Below, piece by piece: positions 58,592 through 64,000 of a DNA stretch of 64,000 nucleotides. Numbering within the stretch: the first letter of the stretch is position 1; each line of letters begins with the position of its first letter. Source of the DNA: Escherichia coli. Its GTDB lineage: Bacteria; Pseudomonadota; Gammaproteobacteria; Enterobacterales; Enterobacteriaceae. The notes beneath the pieces were generated by a model, which did not search any database, had not been told where the DNA came from, and saw only the letters and a program-made list of their open reading frames with translations. The stretch lies in the NCBI RefSeq assembly GCF_030013595.1, contig NZ_CP122768.1. One strand, written 5' to 3'. Both the position numbers and the translations under genes were made by a program.

Positions 58592-59263
58592 TCAGCCACC
58601 CATTGAACGAGAAGAGGTGCCGGTTGCGCTACGCTGCATAGTGCTTTGTTTGGCAACAGATTCACCAAAACCGCCACGAGTAACGGTGGTGGTGGTTGCC
58701 GGTTTTGGTGCCATTGCCGTCTTCGGTACGGTCATGGTGCGGCCTGGCTGCGCTGCGCCATAGTTTTTACCCGTCGCGTCGGTATATTTACCGTAAGCCG
58801 GGCTGGCCGGGTTTTTCGAGGAGAACAGCGGCTGCTGTGCAAATCCCGCGCCGCCGCCCATCAGACGCCCCATCATGTAACCGGCCATCAGCGGCATCCA
58901 GAAACTCCCGCTGGATTGCTGGGCCTGCGCCTGGTTTTCTGGTGCCATGCCAGCCTGGGCTGGTGCCTGCTGGCACTGACCTTCACCAAATTCAGCAACA
59001 CAGTCTTCACGGGTGGCGTATTTCGGCGCAGTACGTTCGGCTTCTTTCAGCGCATTGTTGTACGCGGTGGTACATTCGGCGCTTTTGCCTGGGTTTGCAG
59101 CTGAACAGTCGTCAGCATTTTGATAGAGAGACACTGTTTCATCACTCTTTTCACAGCCCGCCAGCATAAAAACAGTGGCAACCGCGAGAGCGACTGGTGT
59201 CAGATGGCGTGCGCTCCAGTTTTTGCGGAACGATGCGTGGCGTATGGATTTTGTCCGTTTCAT
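58592..59263 (-). CDS. ygiB: DUF1190 lipoprotein YgiB (223 aa)
   Basis: Start at [12 protein letters not shown]...; lipobox LAGC; Gln/Ala-rich. Confidence 0.8.
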
Positions 59264-59410
59264 TTTTGTCTTCCGGGACCAGTGGTAAATACCCATCAGA
59301 ATAGAGGATGGCTGGTCGAAATTGAAGCGAGAAGGGGGAAGAATGCGGCAGATAACCCGTATCTTTACGTTGCCTTACGTTCAGACGGGGCCGAAGCCCC
59401 GTCGTCGTCG

Positions 59411-60892
59411 TCAGTTACGGAAAGGGTTATGACCGTTACTGGTGGTAGTGCGTGCGGATGTTTGCTGAACGACTGGTGCCGGGCTATCAGGCGCATAACC
59501 ATCAGCAATAGCATTCTGTTCCGGCGTTTGCGGGGCAACGTTTTCCGGATTAGTGGAAACCGGTTTGCTCAGCGCATTGTTCAGTGCCAGCAGATCCTGC
59601 TCGTTCAACGTACCCAGAGCTGACTTAATATTCAACTGGTTAATCAGGTAGTTATAACGCGCATTCGCCAGCTCTTGCTTGGCGTTGTACAGCGTGGTGG
59701 TCGCATCCAACACATCAACAATGGTACGCGTACCGACCGAGTAGCCCGCTTCCATCGCGTCTAATGAGCTTTGAGCGGAAACTACGGCTTGTTTGTAGGC
59801 GTTAATGCTACTGATAGAAGCATTAATGTTGTTGAAGGAGGAACGTACGGTTTGCACGACGCTACGATGCGTGCTTTCCAGTTGCTCGCTGGCACCAACA
59901 AAGTTGTACTGTGCCTGTTTCACCTGCGAGTTAACCATTCCGCCCTGATAAATCGGCAGCGAGAAGCTCAGGCCAACTTTGTTCTGGCCCATATTGCTAT
60001 CGTCATACTGGGTACCAGCGGCACCACGGGTTTTCGAACCGCTATAAGAGGTGTCAGAAATCCCGGTAGAAGCCGTTAAATCCAGAGTCGGTAAGTGACC
60101 ATCCTGCGCCTGGCGAATTTGCTCGCGCGCCAGGTCTTGGCTCAAGCGTGCCTGTAACAGCGACAGGTTGCGTTTTTCGGCTTCTTTCAGCAGCGCGTTA
60201 ACCGGCTGTGGTTTGTTGGTTTTAAAGTTTTCGACATTCAGCGCCGCCAGTTCCGGATAGTAGTTACCGGTGATCTGGCGCAGCTGCTCTACCGCGTTAT
60301 CAAGGTTATTACGTGCGGTCACTTCGTTCGCCAGCACGGTATCGTACTGTGCGCGGGCGTTCTGCACGTCGGTGATCGCTACCAGGCCCACGTTAAAACG
60401 TTGGGTGGTTTGATCTAATTGACGGTAGATCGCTTCTTTTTGCGCCTGTGTATAGGAAAGAACGTCAATAGCATTCAACACGTTGAAATAAGCGGTCGCG
60501 GTGTTGAGGATCAAGGTTTGTTGATCGGTCTGATACGTGACGTCCTGAATCCCAGCTGCTTTTTCCTGCAGCGTTAACGCACGCCATTTCGACATATCAA
60601 AAATGGATTGAGTTAACTGCAGGGACGCACTGGTCGCGTTAGAGTTGATGCCGTTCGCGTCGCGGTAGCCGTTGCTATAGGTGTAATCTGCACCTAAACC
60701 TAGCTGTGGCAGTAATGGACTGCGCGCTTCATTAATTTTTTCAAAGGCAGCATCACGATCGGCGGCAGACTTACGCAATTCCGGGTTACTAAGGCGTGCT
60801 TGCTGATAAACTTGCATCAGGTTCTCGGCCTGGCTCAACGAACTGAACCCAGAGAGGCTCAGGCCGATAAGAATGGGGAGCAATTTCTTCAT
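59411..60892 (-). CDS. tolC: Outer membrane channel TolC (493 aa)
   Basis: MKKLLPILIGLSLSGFSSLSQAENLMQVYQQARLSNPELRKS...; start at internal Met of the longer ORF. Confidence 0.9.
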   Translation of the reverse strand: MKKLLPILIGLSLSGFSSLSQAENLMQVYQQARLSNPELRKSAADRDAAFEKINEARSPLLPQLGLGADYTYSNGYRDANGINSNATSASLQLTQSIFDMSKWRALTLQEKAAGIQDVTYQTDQQTLILNTATAYFNVLNAIDVLSYTQAQKEAIYRQLDQTTQRFNVGLVAITDVQNARAQYDTVLANEVTARNNLDNAVEQLRQITGNYYPELAALNVENFKTNKPQPVNALLKEAEKRNLSLLQARLSQDLAREQIRQAQDGHLPTLDLTASTGISDTSYSGSKTRGAAGTQYDDSNMGQNKVGLSFSLPIYQGGMVNSQVKQAQYNFVGASEQLESTHRSVVQTVRSSFNNINASISSINAYKQAVVSAQSSLDAMEAGYSVGTRTIVDVLDATTTLYNAKQELANARYNYLINQLNIKSALGTLNEQDLLALNNALSKPVSTNPENVAPQTPEQNAIADGYAPDSPAPVVQQTSARTTTSNGHNPFRN

Positions 60893-61096
60893 TTGCATTC
60901 CTTGTGGTGAAGCAGTATTTAGCGCGATCAAACTGTAAAATTATTGCGGATTCTAGCAGAAGCCGCTACCGCAAAAGGTTGGCGTTACGTGCCATAGGGC
61001 GTTAATGTGCCTCAATTTAACACATGACTGCTCAAACGGCAGTCAAACGTCGCTGAAATTCACATTTAATTCACTATTAGTGCCAGGACATTAACA

Positions 61097-61726
61097 ATGC
61101 TTAAGCCAGACAACCTGCCCGTTACATTTGGCAAAAACGATGTAGAAATTATTGCACGAGAAACACTTTATCGCGGCTTTTTTTCATTAGATCTTTATAG
61201 ATTTCGTCATCGTCTATTCAACGGGCAAATGAGTCATGAGGTACGGCGGGAAATTTTTGAGCGCGGTCACGCCGCAGTCTTGCTACCCTTTGACCCAGTG
61301 CGTGATGAAGTTGTGCTGATTGAGCAGATTCGGATTGCCGCGTACGACACCAGCGAAACCCCCTGGCTACTGGAGATGGTTGCCGGGATGATAGAAGAGG
61401 GTGAAAGTGTGGAAGATGTTGCCCGTCGCGAAGCGATTGAAGAGGCGGGGCTGATAGTCAAACGGACCAAACCGGTGTTAAGTTTCCTGGCAAGCCCGGG
61501 GGGCACCAGTGAGCGTTCGTCAATTATGGTGGGCGAAGTGGACGCCACGACCGCAAGCGGTATTCACGGTCTGGCTGATGAAAACGAAGATATTCGCGTT
61601 CATGTGGTAAGCCGGGAACAGGCATACCAGTGGGTAGAAGAGGGGAAAATCGACAACGCAGCGTCGGTCATCGCTTTGCAATGGCTGCAGCTGCATCATC
61701 AAGCGTTAAAAAATGAGTGGGCATAA
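61097..61726 (+). CDS. nudF: ADP-ribose pyrophosphatase NudF (209 aa)
   Basis: Nudix box GMIEEGESVEDVARREAIEEAG. Confidence 0.9.
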   Translation: MLKPDNLPVTFGKNDVEIIARETLYRGFFSLDLYRFRHRLFNGQMSHEVRREIFERGHAAVLLPFDPVRDEVVLIEQIRIAAYDTSETPWLLEMVAGMIEEGESVEDVARREAIEEAGLIVKRTKPVLSFLASPGGTSERSSIMVGEVDATTASGIHGLADENEDIRVHVVSREQAYQWVEEGKIDNAASVIALQWLQLHHQALKNEWA

Positions 61727-62149
61727 ATGAAGCGTTACACACCTTACTTTCCTGAAATGATGCGCCTGTGCGAGATGAACTTTTCACAATTGCGCCGTTT
61801 GTTACCGCGCAATGACGCACCCGGCGAAACTGTAAGCTATCAGGTGGCAAACGCACAATATCGGCTGACGATTGTGGAATCGACCCGATACACTACCCTG
61901 GTGACAATAGAACAGACTGCGCCCGCGATCAGTTACTGGAGCCTTCCGTCAATGACGGTGCGTCTGTATCATGACGCGATGGTGGCTGAAGTGTGTTCAA
62001 GCCAGCAGATTTTTCGCTTCAAAGCGCGGTATGATTATCCTAGTAAAAAGTTGCATCAACGCGACGAAAAGCATCAAATTAATCAGTTTCTAGCGGACTG
62101 GTTGCGATACTGTTTAGCACATGGAGCGATGGCGATTCCGGTTTACTAG
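61727..62149 (+). CDS. yqiB: DUF1249 protein YqiB (140 aa)
   Basis: ORF starts at the nudF stop; synteny nudF-yqiB-cpdA. Confidence 0.8.
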   Translation: MKRYTPYFPEMMRLCEMNFSQLRRLLPRNDAPGETVSYQVANAQYRLTIVESTRYTTLVTIEQTAPAISYWSLPSMTVRLYHDAMVAEVCSSQQIFRFKARYDYPSKKLHQRDEKHQINQFLADWLRYCLAHGAMAIPVY

Positions 62150-62173
62150 CGTCGTGAAACCTAAGGACACCAT

Positions 62174-63001
62174 TTGGAAAGCCTGTTAACCCTTCCTCTG
62201 GCTGGTGAGGCCAGAGTCAGGATTTTACAAATTACCGACACTCACCTGTTTGCGCAAAAGCACGAAGCCCTGTTAGGGGTAAACACCTGGGAAAGCTACC
62301 AGGCGGTGCTGGAGGCGATTCGGCCACACCAGCACGAATTCGACCTGATTGTCGCGACAGGTGATTTAGCGCAGGATCAATCCTCTGCGGCCTATCAGCA
62401 TTTCGCTGAAGGCATCGCAAGTTTTCGTGCGCCCTGCGTCTGGCTGCCGGGCAACCACGATTTCCAGCCCGCGATGTACAGCGCGTTACAGGATGCGGGT
62501 ATCTCCCCGGCGAAGCGGGTGTTTATTGGTGAGCAATGGCAAATCCTGTTGCTGGATAGCCAGGTGTTTGGCGTGCCGCACGGTGAGCTGAGCGAGTTTC
62601 AGCTTGAGTGGCTGGAACGTAAACTGGCCGATGCGCCAGAACGCCATACGTTGCTGCTGCTGCATCATCATCCGCTACCTGCAGGTTGTAGTTGGCTTGA
62701 TCAACACAGCCTGCGTAACGCGGGCGAACTGGATACCGTGCTGGCGAAGTTTCCGCACGTCAAATACTTGCTGTGCGGTCATATTCATCAGGAGCTGGAT
62801 CTCGACTGGAACGGTCGCCGCCTGCTGGCAACGCCGTCGACCTGTGTGCAGTTTAAGCCGCACTGTTCCAACTTTACGCTGGATACCATCGCGCCCGGCT
62901 GGCGTACTCTCGAGTTACATGCTGATGGCACGCTGACCACCGAGGTGCATCGCCTGGCGGACACACGTTTCCAACCTGATACCGCTTCAGAAGGCTACTG
63001 A
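62174..63001 (+). CDS. cpdA: 3',5'-cyclic AMP phosphodiesterase CpdA (275 aa)
   Basis: Metallophosphoesterase motifs (ITDTHL, GDLAQD, GNHD, HHHP, GHIH); TTG start. Confidence 0.9.
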   Translation: MESLLTLPLAGEARVRILQITDTHLFAQKHEALLGVNTWESYQAVLEAIRPHQHEFDLIVATGDLAQDQSSAAYQHFAEGIASFRAPCVWLPGNHDFQPAMYSALQDAGISPAKRVFIGEQWQILLLDSQVFGVPHGELSEFQLEWLERKLADAPERHTLLLLHHHPLPAGCSWLDQHSLRNAGELDTVLAKFPHVKYLLCGHIHQELDLDWNGRRLLATPSTCVQFKPHCSNFTLDTIAPGWRTLELHADGTLTTEVHRLADTRFQPDTASEGY

Positions 63002-63582
63002 TGTCTACGCTTCTTTATTTACACGGTTTCAACAGCTCGCCGCGCTCTGTAAAAGCGAGCTTGTTAAAAAACTGGCTGGCGGAACATCACCCTGACGTAG
63101 AGATGATTATTCCGCAGTTGCCGCCGTATCCTTCTGACGCGGCAGAACTGCTGGAATCCATTGTCCTGGAACATGGCGGCGATTCGCTGGGTATTGTCGG
63201 TTCGTCACTGGGGGGATATTACGCCACCTGGTTGTCGCAATGTTTTATGCTGCCCGCAGTGGTGGTCAACCCGGCGGTGCGCCCGTTTGAACTGCTGACG
63301 GACTATCTCGGTCAGAACGAGAACCCCTACACCGGGCAGCAATATGTGCTAGAGTCACGCCATATTTACGATCTCAAAGTCATGCAGATTGACCCGCTGG
63401 AAGCGCCGGATTTGATCTGGCTGCTGCAACAGACGGGAGATGAAGTGCTGGATTACCGCCAGGCGGTGGCGTACTACGCTTCCTGCCGCCAGACTGTCAT
63501 AGAAGGCGGCAACCACGCATTCACGGGCTTCGAAGATTATTTCAACCCGATCGTCGATTTTCTTGGTCTGCACCATCTCTGA
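63001..63582 (+). CDS. yqiA: Esterase YqiA (193 aa)
   Basis: Alpha/beta hydrolase with GSSLGG nucleophile elbow; overlaps cpdA stop. Confidence 0.85.
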   Translation: MSTLLYLHGFNSSPRSVKASLLKNWLAEHHPDVEMIIPQLPPYPSDAAELLESIVLEHGGDSLGIVGSSLGGYYATWLSQCFMLPAVVVNPAVRPFELLTDYLGQNENPYTGQQYVLESRHIYDLKVMQIDPLEAPDLIWLLQQTGDEVLDYRQAVAYYASCRQTVIEGGNHAFTGFEDYFNPIVDFLGLHHL

Positions 63583-63610
63583 CGATCAACTCGAATTGCT
63601 AACTTAAACC

Positions 63611-64000
63611 ATGACGCAAACTTATAACGCTGATGCCATTGAGGTACTCACCGGGCTTGAGCCGGTTCGCCGCCGTCCGGGGATGTATACCGATACCACT
63701 CGCCCTAACCATTTGGGGCAAGAAGTTATTGATAACAGTGTCGATGAAGCACTGGCGGGTCACGCAAAACGCGTGGACGTAATCTTACATGCTGACCAGT
63801 CGTTAGAAGTGATTGACGATGGGCGTGGGATGCCGGTGGATATTCACCCGGAAGAGGGTGTACCGGCGGTTGAACTGATTCTTTGCCGTCTGCATGCAGG
63901 CGGTAAATTCTCTAACAAAAATTACCAGTTCTCTGGCGGCCTGCATGGCGTGGGGATTTCGGTAGTTAACGCCCTGTCGAAGCGCGTGGAAGTTAACGTA
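63611..64000 (+). CDS. parE: DNA topoisomerase IV subunit B ParE, N-terminal part (continues beyond window end)
   Basis: [48 protein letters not shown]... GHKL ATPase N-terminus. Confidence 0.9.
   Translation, partial: MTQTYNADAIEVLTGLEPVRRRPGMYTDTTRPNHLGQEVIDNSVDEALAGHAKRVDVILHADQSLEVIDDGRGMPVDIHPEEGVPAVELILCRLHAGGKFSNKNYQFSGGLHGVGISVVNALSKRVEVNV

Overview
Escherichia coli chromosomal segment spanning fadH to parE, in reverse orientation relative to the K-12 map as I recall it. Most of the window is conserved housekeeping sequence: ygjK-ygjJ-ygjI, ebgRAC, ygjH, patA, aer, yqjI/yqjH, mug, the rpsU-dnaG-rpoD operon, tsaD, ttdTBA/ttdR, plsY, folB, uppP, cca, ygiM, ygiF, glnE, hldE, yqiK/yqiJ, glgS, ubiK, ribB with its FMN riboswitch, zupT, ygiD, ygiC, ygiB, tolC, nudF, yqiB, cpdA, yqiA and the start of parE. 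Gene names come from recognising the translated proteins; no database search was run. Four accessory features stand out. (1) An ~8.3 kb satellite/PICI-like integrative element sits at tRNA-Ile(CAU) between yqjH and mug. Its genes are all co-directional: P4-type integrase, a low-GC cargo ORF of unknown function translationally coupled to int, an AlpA-like regulator, three small genes chained by identical CATGCGTGA stop/start overlaps, a TOPRIM primase, a Walker A/B helicase, and a downstream origin made of GTTCCCAC iterons. Beyond that lies a decayed region with a second iteron-like array and a rep-like fragment. The cargo ORF is the best candidate for an undescribed defence or interference function. 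(2) A ~2.1 kb block between ygjK and fadH carries one 452-aa ORF built from three tandem diverged modules of unknown function. (3) ttdT carries an in-frame amber codon at codon 34. (4) The assT-dsbL-dsbI islet is present with an AT-rich upstream region, and the ygiL-yqiGHI fimbrial cluster that K-12 has between glgS and ubiK is absent.
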